A stretch of 63,990 bases of DNA, counting the filler, from Diploschistes diacapsis (taxonomy: Eukaryota), in assembly GCA_023645945.1 (NCBI GenBank). It is 4 parts of 4 records of this genome, joined end to end, with 100 filler letters (N's around TTAATTAATTAA, not from the genome) between each part and the next. Parts side by side here need not be neighbours in the genome. Positions count along the whole stretch, not along the records: positions 1 to 16,313 come from JALAIB010000512.1; positions 16,414 to 32,724 come from JALAIB010000513.1; 2 more parts are not named here. One strand, given 5' to 3'. The notes beneath the pieces are model-generated. The model searched no databases and had not been told where the DNA came from. It worked only from the letters and a program-made list of their open reading frames with translations. Made by a program: the position numbers and the translations under genes. Positions 12,344 through 26,442 of the stretch are shown here, piece by piece. The first letter of the stretch is position 1; every line of letters begins with the position of its first letter.

Positions 12344-15298
12344 ATGGCTCAACAACCTGGCTATGGATACGGCGGGCAATATCCAAACGGTGTTCCCGGA
12401 ACTACACCTCCGCCACCGCCCGCCGAAGCCCACGGTCAGGCTGGTCCCGGCGGACGAAAGAAGAGAAGAGAGTATGCGGGTCAAGCCTACGAATTCGGCG
12501 TTGGCGCAAACGTTCAGCCAGGGCAAGGTCCGGCATCTATGCAAGAGCCAGGCGCATATGATGGCTACGGCGCTCAGGCTCAACCTGCCTACCAGCAACC
12601 AGCTTACGGAGCTGGTTATGGGGCTCCAGCTCAGGAGCAGCAGTTTGGCCAACCACAATATGGACAGCAGCCTCCTGCCGTTGGAGGCTATCAACCTCCA
12701 GATGTTGGTTATCCGCCTCCAGCCCAACCTGACATGGCGGGAATCACACAGGGAGTGAGCCAAATGGGCTTCAGCGGTTCACCTCAGCCTCAACCACAAC
12801 AGCCAGCTCAGAACAGGCCTCACCTCAATCAGCTGTATCCTACGGACATGCTGAACCAGCCGTTCCAAGTATCCGAGCTCGACCTTGCTCCTCCTCCTAT
12901 CGTTCTGCCCCCCAACGTAAGAGCTCAGCTTCATACACGTAAGTGTATGCTAATTTCTATAGACCAGTGTCACTGCTTCCCCTGACGCAAACTGCCCTCC
13001 GAAATATGTCCGCTCCACTCTCAACGCCGTTCCCACTACAAACTCTCTCCTCAAGAAATCTCGACTACCCTTTGCGCTTGTCGTGCAGCCATACTCGTCG
13101 TTACACGACGTGGAAGACCCTGTTCCGGTTGCGACAGATCAGGTCATCGCCAGGTGTAGGAGATGCAGAACGTATATCAACCCATTCGTGACATTCTTGG
13201 ATCAAGGGCACCGCTGGCGCTGCAACATGTGTAACCTCACGAATGAAGTGCCGCAGGCGTTCGATTGGGACGCTGCGGCCCAAAAACAAGTCGATAGGTG
13301 GCTGAGGCCGGAGCTCAACTACGCTGTGTGCGAATTTATTGCTCCTCAGGAGTATATGGTTCGCCCACCCCAGCCATTGGTCTATCTATTCTTGTTCGAT
13401 GTGAGCTATGCTTCAGTGACCAGCGGCCTTCTCGCTACTACTGCTCGTTGCATACTCGAGAGCCTCGATCGAATCCCGAATGCGGATCGAAGAACTCGTC
13501 TTGGATTCATGGCCGTTGACTCGAGCTTGCACTACTTTGCCGTTCCGCGCGACGGCGGCCCCGTAACCGACACCAGTATGCTTGTCATCAGCGATCTTGA
13601 AGAGGCCTTCCTACCAACCCCAGCGGACTTGCTAGTAACTCTGTCAGAGTGTCGCGAGAACATCGAAACCTTCCTTGGCAAACTCCAAGAAATGTTTCAG
13701 AGCAATCAAAACGGTGGAAACTGCCTAGGTCCTGCCCTGAAGGCCGCCCACAAGCTTATAGCCCCGATTGGGGGTAAGATCGTCGTCCTAACAGCTTCAC
13801 TCCCAACTCTGGGCGTGGGGAAGCTTGACATGCGCGAAGACAAGAAGATACTGGGAACTAGCAAAGAAAACAGTCTCCTACAAACCGGCAACAACTTCTA
13901 CAAGAGCTTTGCAGTCGAATGCTCCAAGAATCAAGTCTCTGTAGACATGTTCCTGTTCTCTTCGCAGTACCAAGACGTCGCATCCTTAAGCAATCTCCCA
14001 AGGTACACCGGTGGCCAAACGTTCTTTTATCCCGGTTGGAATGCTGCACGGAGCGAAGACGCCATCAAATTCGCTCGAGAATTCTCCGACCACCTTTCAT
14101 CGGAAATCGCCCTCGAAGCAGTTCTCCGTGTTAGAGCTACAACGGGTCTGCGGATGAGTGCTTTCTATGGCAATTTCTTCAATCGCTCATCCGATCTATG
14201 TGCTTTCCCTGCCTTCCCGCGTGACCAGTGCTACGTTGTCGAAGTTGCTATCGATGAATCATTAACGAAAGGGGTGGTTTGTCTGCAAGCTGCAGTGCTT
14301 CACACCACGTGCAATGGAGAGCGGCGCATTCGAGTTATGACCGTTGCACTACCCACAACGCAAACTCTGGCTGATGTCTATGCATCCGCTGACCAAGGAG
14401 CAATAACCGCGTACTACACCCACAAAGCCGTCGAACGGGCGCTCGGTAGCGGTCTGGAACCCGCACGGGATACCCTACAAACGAAATGCATTGAGATCAT
14501 GCAAACCTACCGAAAGGAGCTGGCTGGTGGTAATATGGGCGGCGGAGGACTTCAGATCCCCGCTAATCTCCGATGCTTGCCTGTTCTCTTCCTTGGTCTT
14601 ATTAAGAATGTTAGTTACCAATCTTGGTTTTACCACACGCTAATGCGAAATGATAGATTGCGCTGCGAAAATCCGCACAGATTCCGAGTGACATGCGGTC
14701 TGCGGCCCTCTGCTTGCTGTCCACCCTACCATTGCCACTTTTGATTCAGTATATCTATCCTCGGATGTATTCGTTACACGACATGCCAGATGCCGCAGGC
14801 GTACCAGATCCCGATTCCGGCGAGATCGTGATGCCACCGACGGTAGCCGCTTCGTCGGCTACGCTAGCTCCCTACGGTCTGTATCTCATAGACGATGGAC
14901 AAACCCAGTTCCTCTGGGTCGGGCGAGATGCAGTTCCGCAACTGCTGGACGATGTGTTTGGCATTCCTGATAAGATGTCACTAAAGGTTGGCAAGACTAC
15001 GGTGCCGGTGCTGGAGAACGACTTCAACGAGAGAGTGCGAGCGGTGATAGAGAAGAGCCGAGACCATCGATCGAAAGGAGTGGGCAGCATTGTAGTCCCT
15101 CATCTGTACGTTGTGCGCGAAGATGGTGAGCCTGGCATCAGGCTATGGGCGCAGACGATGCTGGTGGAGGACCGAGCAGAGCAGGGGTCGAGTCTCAAGC
15201 AATGGCTTGGACTGATGAGAGAGAAGGTAAGCTAGAGAAACCCTATCCAGGGGCCGGAACAAGCTTGATGCTCATGCATAAATTAGGTGATGCAATAA
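12344..15298 (+). CDS. SEC24: COPII coat cargo adaptor Sec24 (3 introns)
   Basis: Q/P/G-rich N-terminus, zinc finger [12 protein letters not shown]...[15 protein letters not shown], trunk domain, ERRIRV, gelsolin-like [13 protein letters not shown], final mini-exon VMQ*. Confidence 0.97.
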
Positions 15299-16313
15299 GA
15301 AAATAGAAAGTGCAGAAGAGAGCCAGGCTAGAGCTAGACCAGAGTCATGGTTGTTTGCTTATGGATGAACCTGTGGCAAGGTTATGGCAAGATGAAGTTG
15401 GCGCTGTGTTGGAGGTTGTATTTGGAAGTTGTCGCCCACGCAACAATGAAAGCAGAAGAGCGCAATACTGCGCCGCGCGCCAGTCTCCTGTCACTCGACT
15501 GCTGAGCTTGCAGTAGCTTCCTGAAGAGTTTCATCAATCAATCATAGCCTCGGTTGCTAGCATTTTTGCTTTTTTGAATCGAACCACTGCTTTTCTTCCC
15601 GACTTCCAGAAGCGGCACATCTACTTGACAGGTACAGTAGGACCTCGTCTCGGGACTATATATATCGTTCAGCCAAGGCAATAAATATTGCAGCAAAAAT
15701 GCACGTGTTGTAATCCGTGAACAAAAGGATGTTCCTAGTGCTATGCAACAATGATGGACCTCATGCAGTATTCTAGAGCTTATGGGCCATTAGAGAGAGC
15801 GATACCCAACCAGCTCCTGAGTCGAGTCCGTGCAAAGGCACAATCCTCAACCCAGCCTGGTCTCCCTCCTATCGTTGAACCGCAGAGCCACCGACCTGTT
15901 TGCTAATTTCAGCTACGATACTACAGCCAACCGCCAACCGCGATCAAACAATGGAGAGTCCAACTGCCTTTGACTGAGATGTTGATGTTGCTTTCTGCAA
16001 ATACACCGACCAACTTCTCCACCGAAGCGTCTAAGCCCCTCCAATTGTCGTACCCGAGACCCGGCCCCGGGCGTCTCTATCTCAGGCAGGGTGTACAGTA
16101 GGAAGGAGGAAGTAGGAAGTAGGAAGTAACGCATATCAGCATTTATTATAGTATAGTAGTGTATTATATATAATTCATATATAGTTCAAAAGTAGACCAA
16201 TTCTTTTCTGACTTCTCATCGAGACTCGATTGATTTCGTAGTCCATTCATCATTCTTCATTCTTCTCCAGTCTCAAAACCCCCCCCCCCTCCATAGCAAA
16301 CACCGCGCTAGGT

Positions 16314-16413
16314 NNNNNNNNNNNNNNNNNNNNNNNNNNNNNNNNNNNNNNNNNNNNTTAATTAATTAANNNNNNNNNNNNNNNNNNNNNNNNNNNNNNN
16401 NNNNNNNNNNNNN
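16314..16413. other. Artificial contig linker N44-TTAATTAATTAA-N44
   Basis: Exactly 100 bp with a core that has stops in all six frames; identical to the two other linkers. Confidence 0.98.
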
Positions 16414-17792
16414 GGGTTTAGGATGAGAACGAAGGAGTTGTTCGTGGAGAGGTTTAAGGGTGGGGCAAGGGATGGGATCGTTAAGGGGGTGGAGGGCTAT
16501 TATTTTGTGATTGGGAGAGTGTTGTTTTGAGTATGCTAGCATTTATATAAGCATAGCTGCATGCTTTTTCTCTTTCCCTTTCAATCTTTCGTCCGAGGCG
16601 TCTAGATCCTCTTACTCGATCCCTCACTACATTCTCTGAACATTTGGCACCACCACACCGTCAGCCTTATCCCATATTTGGCGCTTGCTGATGTACTATG
16701 GTGCCTTTCGTCCTCTCACGCGGAGATATTTCACGTGTTCCTACTAATTAAAGTAAAGCTCAACATATATCGCCCTTACCTAACCTTTATTTAACAACCA
16801 TAGTCACGCCAATAAGCCTTTAACCAAACCAAACCATCTCTGTTCTTCTTCTGCTTGCTTGATCCTTTAGCATCTCCGACACGACACGCCAACAACAAGC
16901 CACCTACTTGCCCCAGGCCCCTTCGATCGACTACGAAGCCCTTGATTATTTTGATACCTTACGATTTTAAGCCCCTAGTATCTTTCATAATAAAACGGTA
17001 CATGTTCACATCGCATGAAACCTACTAATTTTTCCCGCAAGGCCAGGGCTACCTAGCAACCGAAGCTTGCATCACCCCTAACAATCGCCTCGATGCTCGT
17101 GTATTGGCTCCAGTCCTGGGTTAATTCTTCATATGTCATCATAACCTCCACTGATATATATCTATATACCATAAGCCGTAATTTTGGCAATAGCTTCAAT
17201 CTGTGGCCATGAAATTTCTGTGCGTAACACGTGCCCTTGGTTCAGGTAGTGGAGTACGTTGTTGTATGCTAGTTTTCCGCTTCAGGCATATACGACCTAA
17301 GTCATGTAGATGGAAGAAGCTCAAGCTTCTGTTGCTGGAGATTTCTTTGTGAACCACATCTCTTCGATATGGAATGGCCAAGATTGGAGCTTATAAGGTA
17401 GACAAAGTCGAACATTCTTGATTCTTGCTTCTGAAGACGATTGCTGATAGATAGACCTTTTCGAAGGTCACGGGTTCGATTCCCACTGCTGCTTCCACCC
17501 CGAAAAAAAAATTCTCCGCCCCAGGCTTGACAACCTGGCCTCATCCTCAGACGGTTAATCCCGCTTCGATTGGGAGAGAGTAATCGAAAAACAGGCGATT
17601 CAATTTTTGTTACTATGCCAATACGTATCATCATATCGTCATCCCTCCCATAGATGCGTCAAACGCAAAAATCCTCGTAATAATACTTCAGTATGCAACA
17701 CTCGTCCTATGCAGTAAACCATCATCATACCCCACAATCCCCGTTAGCGAACACTCATCAAATGCGGTAGAGTATTATTGAACTACCTAATG

Positions 17793-19203
17793 CTACGACA
17801 CGCTCACTGCCTGCTGGACATATATCTTATCCGGCATCCTGTGCTCAGGAGTCATGTTCGGGTCATTCTCGACGGAATCGGACCGCCGACGCTCAAGATC
17901 GTGATCGTGGCTCGCAACAGACCACCGTCCGTAGCCTTTCGACCATTGTGACACTTGAACGTCCGTGTCGGAGTGCTGCAATACCCGCGAGCCGCGCGCC
18001 TTGACCCCGAGGTTGTTTCGCGGCTGTAGTGGTGCTCGCGATCGTGTGGATGAGTGGCTTCGCTGAAAAAACGGTTTGGCCTTCTTCTTCTTGATGAGTA
18101 TTCCCAATGTAGGCAAGCAAGCAGCGAGAACGCCGGTGGAAATTTCGACAAAGGACCAGATCTCGGGATACACGTCATTCCCTGGTGTATGTCTGTGAGA
18201 TTGGTGCATAGGATTAGGGCGGCAGCTCACTCACAGCTTTGGTCTACTGGGAGGATAGTCGCAACGCTCCAGACTCGGACGACGCCGAAGATGCAAACGC
18301 TAGAAGTTGTCAGCCTTGTTTCGCGGACGGCCTTTAAACTTTAGCTAGACTCACATTGCTCCGGTAAAGAACATAAAGAGGACTTGCAGCTTCCGCGTCA
18401 TCTTCATCTGTAGTCGCCAGACGAAGCGTATCGGTAATGCAAGGATGAGAAAGTCTGTAACGACATTAATGGTGCTGTATAGTTAGCAAGCACCCTTGAT
18501 TACGCTCAGGAAACATACGATATGATCGCATATGGTATGGTAGTGCTAATGCAATGTCCTCCAACTCCCCACATTGTCCATAGGACGTCGAGAGGAATGC
18601 ATTGGAGTGTTGTTACGAGGATAATTGCAATGTTGTAGGCGATGACCACTGCCCCTACCCCACAAGATATCCAAGCAAGGTTTCTTGAAGGAAAGATACG
18701 ATGGTAGAAGAGCAATATAGATGTTTTAACCAGTGCAACCACCGCAGAGTAAGACACCAGTTGGATAATGAAGCCCTAATGGTTTTGTAAGTAACCATCC
18801 CTTGGCCAATGACAACAATAGACTGACTATCAAATAGCCGGCTGGATTCGTTATGAAGATCATGTGCCGCCCATCTCCAATGGAGACGGAGTAAAAGATG
18901 CAGGCCGCATACATAGTCACAGGCAACTAAAGCGCGTTAACGCTAAGGTCTAACACAAGGTATTCCTATACTGCTCTGTAACAGCCGCATGTCTCAACTT
19001 ACTAAAGATGCAACGATTAGCCAGTCATCCCATCCGAACTTTGTTCCGGATGCCCTTCTTGCAAATACCCTAGCAACGACGGCAGTGTACGCTATAACGA
19101 GGCCACACACGCCTGCTGCGATTTCGTTCGGCTGCAAGGTATCATTTGCGTGAGCCTTATAGTAGGCTATCAACTGCGGTGTAAAAGACAATGCCGCCGC
19201 CAT
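17793..19203 (-). CDS. PTH11-like (rhodopsin-domain) integral membrane protein without CFEM, multi-exon
   Basis: ARVFARR...GWDDWLIVASL, GDGRH, KTSILLFYHRIF, LQCIPL, TDFLILALP, WSFVEISTGVLAACLPTL. Confidence 0.88.
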
Positions 19204-20937
19204 ATTTGCACAATGGGAAAAACAGATTACCGTGCAAAGCATAAGAGGGAGGGGAGTCGGAGATCTTATTTAACAGCAATCAGCACCAACGTCCAATTGA
19301 GACGATGCGGACTATGGAGCACGCGCAGCCTAGGTCTGGAATCCTTCGATAGAGAACATATTGAAGCAAACGCCTAAACGGGCACCATGTAGGAAAAGGG
19401 ACACAGGAGTATGGCAACCCGCTCTATAGAACCATGGACTAGTGTGACAGCCCATCTTGCAGTCTAGTAGGCAAGCGACGAGTAGAGAACAATGGTTAAG
19501 TTGAGACAGCGCTGATTCCGCAGTTATGGTGGCCAAAATCTCCAATGACGGGAGTACACGCAATACGAATCATTTGAACAACCCACAGGGCCGCAATAAT
19601 GGAGTTGAGAGGGAAGCCGAATAGTTCTAGCCAAGAGCTAAAAATCCAAGCTCACTTCTCGTGAAATAAGGTCCTGAGTCCTGAGTCCTGACGCCTGAGT
19701 CGGATGCTAGCTACCATGGTCATGTATCCGCTCCGAGCAGCGTAGCAGCACGTTGTTTGCAGGTGCAGCTGAGGAGTATAATATTTCCTCCTGCTTGAGG
19801 TCGGCACGGATCCAGGATTCACCTTTCATCCGAGCCAATCCCGGTTCCGGGAATCCTTCTTGGCGAGCCAAAGCGTGCATTTTCTCTGAAGGATTCGGCA
19901 CACCTTCACATTCGCACACACATTTGCGTAGCCTTGCACCCTCAAGTTATCCTTTGATGCGCCTCGCTATTACTAAGATCTTGGTAAGGTGGGTGGGAAC
20001 GAAGAGTTGTTTCTGTACTTGGCTCGGCAATGTGATAGTGAAGAGAATTTCGAAACTTGAAGTATCATGGAGAACATCGTGAGTTCTCTACATGTAAGCA
20101 ATTCGGGCTCAGCCCTATAGGCCTCATCTTCAGTTGTCGGCCGGCCAAAGAGGCCTCCGCAACAATCAGAGCTTCTGAATAACGGGTGGACACACCCCAT
20201 TAAGCTTCTTCATTCCCTTCTAATATGCCACAACTACTACGTACGGCACATCAGGCACGATATATGGCAACTGCATATGAAGGACTCTCCTCATATGCTG
20301 CCAGCCGTTTTCTCCAGGCTCGGCAATGTCCCTAAGATAACCGGATTGTGCGAGGGTGGCACGCTTCAATGCCAAAACCCAGAGTGCAGTACATTTCTGC
20401 TCTCTTTCTGCATTATTCTTAGAAGTTTCATTCACTGTACGTGGTAAGGATTGAACACGTATTCCGGGGCCTTCGTTCGGACCGCCAAGCCCAGTACTCT
20501 TGATTATGGTTCCCTGACTCTCATACTTCCTGTCTGATCTCTCTTTGGAACGTTTGAAATCGGCTCTTCTTTCTGACGACATGCCGATTCCGCATGCACC
20601 CGTATGATGGCAGACTGTGCATCCTACAAATCGTTGCTCCAGGCTCTTTAATGACAACCCCAACGTAGCCAAGTCTTTCTTCTATCGAGAGAAGATGCTG
20701 ATGTCATAGGCTCAGGAGCACTACCATTCCGCCCAAACGCTTGCCGGCAGAGGAGTGTAGTATTCTCCTATTTGCAAGTCGTCGGCCAAATGTCATTAGC
20801 GGATGCACGAGGAGTTCTGAAGATAATCTGCGCGAAACTGCGCGTCTCTGGCATGGCCGATTCAGGCGATATTGATGGTTTCGTGGCATTCCTAGCCCAG
20901 CTTGCCTGGGAAATTTTCTAGGTTACTCGAGTAGTTC

Positions 20938-23900
20938 TCATGAGCTCCACATAGACTCTGTTATCACAAGGAGGTCCTCCTGCATGGCTCTTTTCGCCTG
21001 AGCAGAAATGTCTCGCTGCGCACTGTTCAGTGCCTCTGAGTAGCAAAGTTCAATGAGAGTCTTCATTTCATCCTCGTTCAGATCTAGGTCACTCCCTTTG
21101 TTCGATTTTGCCTTTTCCACCACAGCCTTGGAGCCTTGCTGGAAGTACTCGAAGAACTGGGCGCTCTTCCTCAGCATGACGTCGCTCTCAACGCTCTTAA
21201 GGTTCTGCTGAAGAACGAGTATGTTCAGCTGCATCCTCCCGCAGCCGTTCAGATTCATAACCTTGATGTTTGCCGTATTCATCATTAGGAAGCTGTCCAA
21301 GAGCAAGCCCAGGCCAGCAGTCATGAACCCGTACTCTTTTTCGGCTAGATGAGAGGTCATTGTGTCGTCAAAGGCCAGCAGGTCGGCATTGAGCCTCAGT
21401 ATGCTAGGATCTGGCTCATTAATTGGCTGACTAAGGACAAATGGCCCTTCCAGCACCTGGCCCATCATAAAGCTGATTCCGTAGCGGATGTCCATGTGCA
21501 GGGTGAGCAGAGCAGTCACGGCAAGCTCGCGGAAAAGAGCTAGAATGTTATCGAAAGGTCTGGTCGCACATTAGCTACGAAGACAAGGAGCTGGTGGCGC
21601 ACTTACGCAACGGCCTCTTCAGTCATGCTGAGCTTGATTGGCTGATCATCGTCCCTCATGTTGGCCGCGCTTACCATTGTCCACCGAGTCGCCTTGCTGT
21701 TCTGTCCGGCGCCTTTCTCACCTTTGTCACTCTTGGTGACAACGCGCAGCTCCTCCAGCTGGTTCGTGAGCCATTGCATTGTGCTGTAGAGCAAGCACAA
21801 GGCGGTACCAGATCTGCGGTCCGCGATGATATCTAGAGGATCGAAATTACTCTCTTTTGTCTGTGCAATCACCATTTTCACCTCTTCCTGCATAAGCCTG
21901 TCTCTGTCGGAATTATCACCATCCCAGATGCTCTTGACCACTGCGGCCAAGGCGCTGCCCTCTCTTACCTTGGTGGCAGCTAGCTTGAGTCGATTATTGT
22001 CTTCCGAATCGGGACGTGATACCATAGATCTGTACCAAGAGGCACATGCTTTATGATAGCCCTCTAATTGGGACACAACAAGTTGACTGAGGGCCTGGTC
22101 TTGGGGAATGTTGTCAAGCAGCCTACAAAAGGCTTTGACAAGTTGCAATAACCTTGAAGCTCCTACGAAAATTGGCATTCTCGAGCGCTCTGCCCATTGT
22201 GGATCTTGCTGGAACGAGCTTGTGTCTATGAAGATCTGTGTACAAAGTTCCGTTATGGTGTCATCTAGCTGAGGATGGAAAATGTTGACAAGAAAATCAT
22301 CAAGAAATGCCGTTAGGGTGCTGACGGCAATGTCGGAATCTGGAGGCACGGTGTCCTTCAGGTGCTGCAGGAATGATAAAGATGGCGGCAGCAACACACT
22401 GATATTGAAGACATTAGGCTCAACCAGAAGTTGATGGCCTACCGCTCGCGACTCGTATGTGACACGGCGGTCAGAACTACTGTTGGTGGTTGATCGGTTA
22501 TGTGATTTGTTGACTAGGCCGGGAACGGAGGCTAGAAGAATCTTATCTAGCTCCTCCTGCTCTTGGTTCAGTATTGTTGATTTCTTATCCATTTCGCCAA
22601 GCTTGAAGACACGCTGATGGTTGTAAGCGTCAGCCTGTTGGTACAATGCTCAAGCCACTTACCTTTTGCTTATCGCGAGGATTCTTCTGGAAAATGTTCA
22701 TACTCAGGTTGAGACTATCACGCTTGCTATACAACGCGTTGTTCCCATCAGTGGCGAGGTAGTCATGTAGTAGCGATCTCATCTAGCAAGGTCAGCTCAG
22801 CAACCTCTGGCTGTGCTCAAATTATACTTCGCTCTGCAGGAGCTTCCACAACTCTTTGAACCCTCCAGTAAGGGCACTACTCTTCCTGATACCTTCCCGC
22901 TCGATGATACCTGTGATGACTTCGTGCACGGCACGATGCCCCTCGGCAATGGCCTCGAATTTAGAGTACAGTGTATAAAGAAGATCGTTCAAGACCAGGT
23001 CGTTCGCTTCTGTCTTACCAAGGTGGAAAAGGCAAGAAGTACGATCGCTGGCTTGGCCGGTGCGAAGGTGGGCTGGATGTCTGTGGTCAACCTCTTGGTT
23101 CGTCTTTTCCACAACAGCAAACAGTTCAATAGGCAGACGCTGCGCCATTCGCTCGACCGCCACATCCAGCCCTCCCATCTTGTTCAAAGCTTCGAGGATC
23201 ATGTGAATGTACTCAAAGTTATCCTCTTCCGGATTTCTAGAAGCATCATCGACCATAGGTATTGAAACAGTCAGGCCTGTAAGAAACCGATACAACGGCC
23301 TCGTGCCGGTAGCCACATTAGACATATCAATATCCGAATTAAGTAAGTCACCCGATGAAGGTGTGTAAGTCTTCCAACGACTTTGACAGTATGGTGACTT
23401 TAGATAAAGATGATCATGCAATTCTTCGAGCAAGATGTCCGTCAAGGAAGATTCCTGGCTGCCGAGATAGCTCCGCAGATCCGCCAGCGCTCCCAAATCT
23501 TCCAAGTTTGGATTCCTGATCAACCGCAAAGCGTCTTGCAGAACCTCTACTGCCGTGATGAAGTGTTTGTCGGATATTTGAGCGTCGAGCTGCTCCGGCA
23601 GAGCTTGAACTTTCTCGATCTGTGCGAAGGTCTGCAGCATCTCGTCAAAGTTCTGGGATGTTGTAGATAACCCTTTCATCTCTGGCTTCGCAACCGTAAG
23701 GTTCAGCTTTGCGTCCGACAGAGCAGACTTCAGTGTTCTTACACGCTCTTGCGAGGTTTGGATACTTGCTTGGATCTTGTGAAATGTGCCTATGGAGCTG
23801 TTGAACCCTTGATGGTTTTCATTGACGATTTGCTTCAATCCGCGGTGCAAAGCGTCGCTTGTCCGCTGGAAATCTTCATAGTCGTTGCCCCGTCCTAAGG

Positions 23901-24333
23901 AGCTTTTGTCCTCCAATAAAAGCGCAACATGCACTGGGATGCATTCATCTTTCGACAGAAAATCCCACTTTTCACGTATATGCTGCACGACTCCTTCAAT
24001 TTGTCGAGCTCCTGGACCGTCGCCAAATTCTGGATTGCGTGCTGCAACCCTTCGACGATCGTCGCTTTCGTCTCGATTTCGAATTTCTCGTCGCCATGTT
24101 GGTACTGGCGGCGCATTGTACGGATCTTGACCAGCAAAATTGAGATTCCCATTCTGCGGTGCCGAGTTTCCCCCTTCTTCATTCACAAAACCTCCATACC
24201 CTCCGGCTCTGCGCGCCCTCCTCGCTCCGGGCGGCTGCTCATTTTGATAGGCTTCTTCGTATCGTGCCGGTAGCTGTTGGTTGCCGTAGCCGTTGGTGTA
24301 GCTGCCGTTGAGACCATCACGGCCATATGACAT
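20938..24333 (-). CDS. SEC8: Exocyst complex component Sec8 (2 introns)
   Basis: IVNENHQGFNSSIGTFHKI, LHDHLYLKSPY, IAEGHRAVHEV, LLVEPNVFNI, MQLNILVLQQNLK. Confidence 0.93.
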
Positions 24334-24652
24334 TGCTATTTATGTCGAAATATAGCATCAGCAAACTACAGGCGCACAAGTGTAATGCGCAACAGCCCGA
24401 GTGACAGATAGATAGATCTGTAGGATATTGCGGCCAATGGCGGAAGAACTCAAAGTCCGGCCAGGGACAAGGTTGGTCGACAAGAACTTTAAAGCCTCCT
24501 AATGATTGAATTGGAACCTTCCTCTGGTATGAGTCAAAAAGGCCAAGGACAAACCATCTATTGAATTGGATATTCTGAGCCGCATATTTTATCTAGTCAT
24601 GTTGTGGACTCCTGCTCAAGGAGCGTCAGAATACCGAATCGAAATTTCTTCA

Positions 24653-26077
24653 ATGTGCCTACAAAATTGCAATATTTCCCTAAAAAGGGTAGGTATTAGA
24701 CGATGGGCGCACACCATTGGACCCTCAACAGCTTCGGCCCATTCACAGATTCGGTTATACTCAGCCCCTGTTGAAGGCTCGATTCCATTTTCGAAACAGA
24801 AATATGTGCCCGATTCAGGCACATATCCCAAAGGTTTCTCCGTCTCGGGGACTCATGTTGGGGTCAAAGCCTCTAATACTCGGCTCCCGGACCTCGCTCT
24901 GATAGCCTCTGACCGGCCATGCTCTGCCGCGGCAGTCTTTACAAAGAACAAATTCCAAGCCGCGCCGGTAACCATCAGTCGTGAGACTCTGCAAGTACGG
25001 AATGGCGAAGGCCTCCGAGCAATCGTCATTAATTCCGGCTGCGCCAACGCCGTAACAGGCAAGCAGGGCCTCAAAGACGCCATCTCCATGGCTAGCACCG
25101 TCGACTCCAGCATCTCCTCCTCGCCCGTTTCCAGTTCACCGTCGAGCACCCTCGTCATGTCCACCGGCGTTATCGGGCAACCCCTCCCCATTTCCAAAAT
25201 CCTCTCCAAAATCCCCTTCGCCCACTCCACCCTCTGTCACACACACGCCTCCTGGCTAGCCGCCGCCCGCGCCATCTGCACAACAGACACCTTCCCTAAA
25301 CTCCTCTCCACAACCTTCACCCTCCCGTCCTCCCCCGGAACAACTTACTCCCTCGCCGGCCTAGCCAAAGGCGCCGGCATGATCCACCCAAACATGGCCA
25401 CCCTCCTCGGTATCTTCGCCACGGACGCTCCAGTCCCAGCCAGCTCCTTACGACCACTCCTCACGCACGCCGTGGACCGCTCCTTCAACAGCATCTCCAT
25501 TGACGGCGACACGTCCACCAACGACACCGTCGCCATCCTCGCCAACGGCGCCGCGGGTGGCGCTCCCATCACCTCGCCCACCTCTGCCGACGGCCGTGCG
25601 CTGCAAGAAATTCTCACGTCCTTCGCCCAGACCCTTTCCCAGCTCGTCGTGCGCGATGGCGAGGGCGCCACGAAATTCGTCCGCGTCCGCGTCACCTGCG
25701 CGAAAGACTACGACTCTGCCAAGGCCATTGCTTCCTCGATCGCGCGCAGCCCGCTGGTCAAGACCGCGCTGTACGGCAAGGACGCTAATTGGGGCCGTAT
25801 TCTGTGCGCGGTCGGGTACACGCCCGTTCAGGACGCTGGGGCGGTAGACCCGGATAGCACGAGCGTGAGCTTTGTGCCGGTGGATGGAAGCCCCGAGCTA
25901 AGGTTGCTGGTGAGGGGGGAGCCAGAGCGGTGGGATGAGGAGAGGGCCAAGAAGATCTTGCAGGGGGAGGAGCTGGAGATTAAGGTTGATCTGGGTACGG
26001 GCGAGGAGGAGGCGAATTATTGGTTTTGCGACTTTAGTCATGAGTATGTGACTATTAACGCGGATTATAGGACGTGA
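24653..26077 (+). CDS. ARG7: Mitochondrial ornithine acetyltransferase (ArgJ family)
   Basis: [73 protein letters not shown]; start codon uncertain. Confidence 0.96.
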   Translation: MCLQNCNISLKRVGIRRWAHTIGPSTASAHSQIRLYSAPVEGSIPFSKQKYVPDSGTYPKGFSVSGTHVGVKASNTRLPDLALIASDRPCSAAAVFTKNKFQAAPVTISRETLQVRNGEGLRAIVINSGCANAVTGKQGLKDAISMASTVDSSISSSPVSSSPSSTLVMSTGVIGQPLPISKILSKIPFAHSTLCHTHASWLAAARAICTTDTFPKLLSTTFTLPSSPGTTYSLAGLAKGAGMIHPNMATLLGIFATDAPVPASSLRPLLTHAVDRSFNSISIDGDTSTNDTVAILANGAAGGAPITSPTSADGRALQEILTSFAQTLSQLVVRDGEGATKFVRVRVTCAKDYDSAKAIASSIARSPLVKTALYGKDANWGRILCAVGYTPVQDAGAVDPDSTSVSFVPVDGSPELRLLVRGEPERWDEERAKKILQGEELEIKVDLGTGEEEANYWFCDFSHEYVTINADYRT

Positions 26078-26442
26078 GGATTGAATGGTGTTTGGAATTT
26101 CGGGCGTTTAAGTAGACTGAGGGTTTGTGGCCCATCAAAAGCACTTTCCCAGGCCTCTTTTATGGATGTTAGAGATATTCCGAAAACCTGATCCTGTTAA
26201 ATCTAAATAGTTGACACATCCGAGCGTGGCTCTTTTATCACGTCATGTAGAATTATGATCATAATCCGTGATTCAATCAATTTTCTTACAACTTATATGT
26301 ACATTGCGAGTAACTTTTAAGCTGGTTGCAGATCCTAACGGCTTCAGCAAGAGGCGTATGGTCTTCTGCTGGAGGAGAAATACACTGGCCAGCTCATTAC
26401 AGAAGTAAAGCTTCAACTGACTGTTCCCCTTTCCTATTGACC

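Noticed and set aside
16358..16369. TTAATTAATTAA recurring every ~16.4 kb as a possible biological periodic element
   Set aside because: Always embedded in exactly 44+44 Ns; it is an assembly linker with stops in all six frames
19671..19701. Short GTCCTGA tandem repeat
   Set aside because: Three to four 7-bp units; ordinary slippage repeat with no spacers or associated structure
19707..20889. Several 60-150 aa ORFs between the PTH11-like gene and SEC8
   Set aside because: No motifs, mostly non-ATG starts, inconsistent strands; cannot support a gene call
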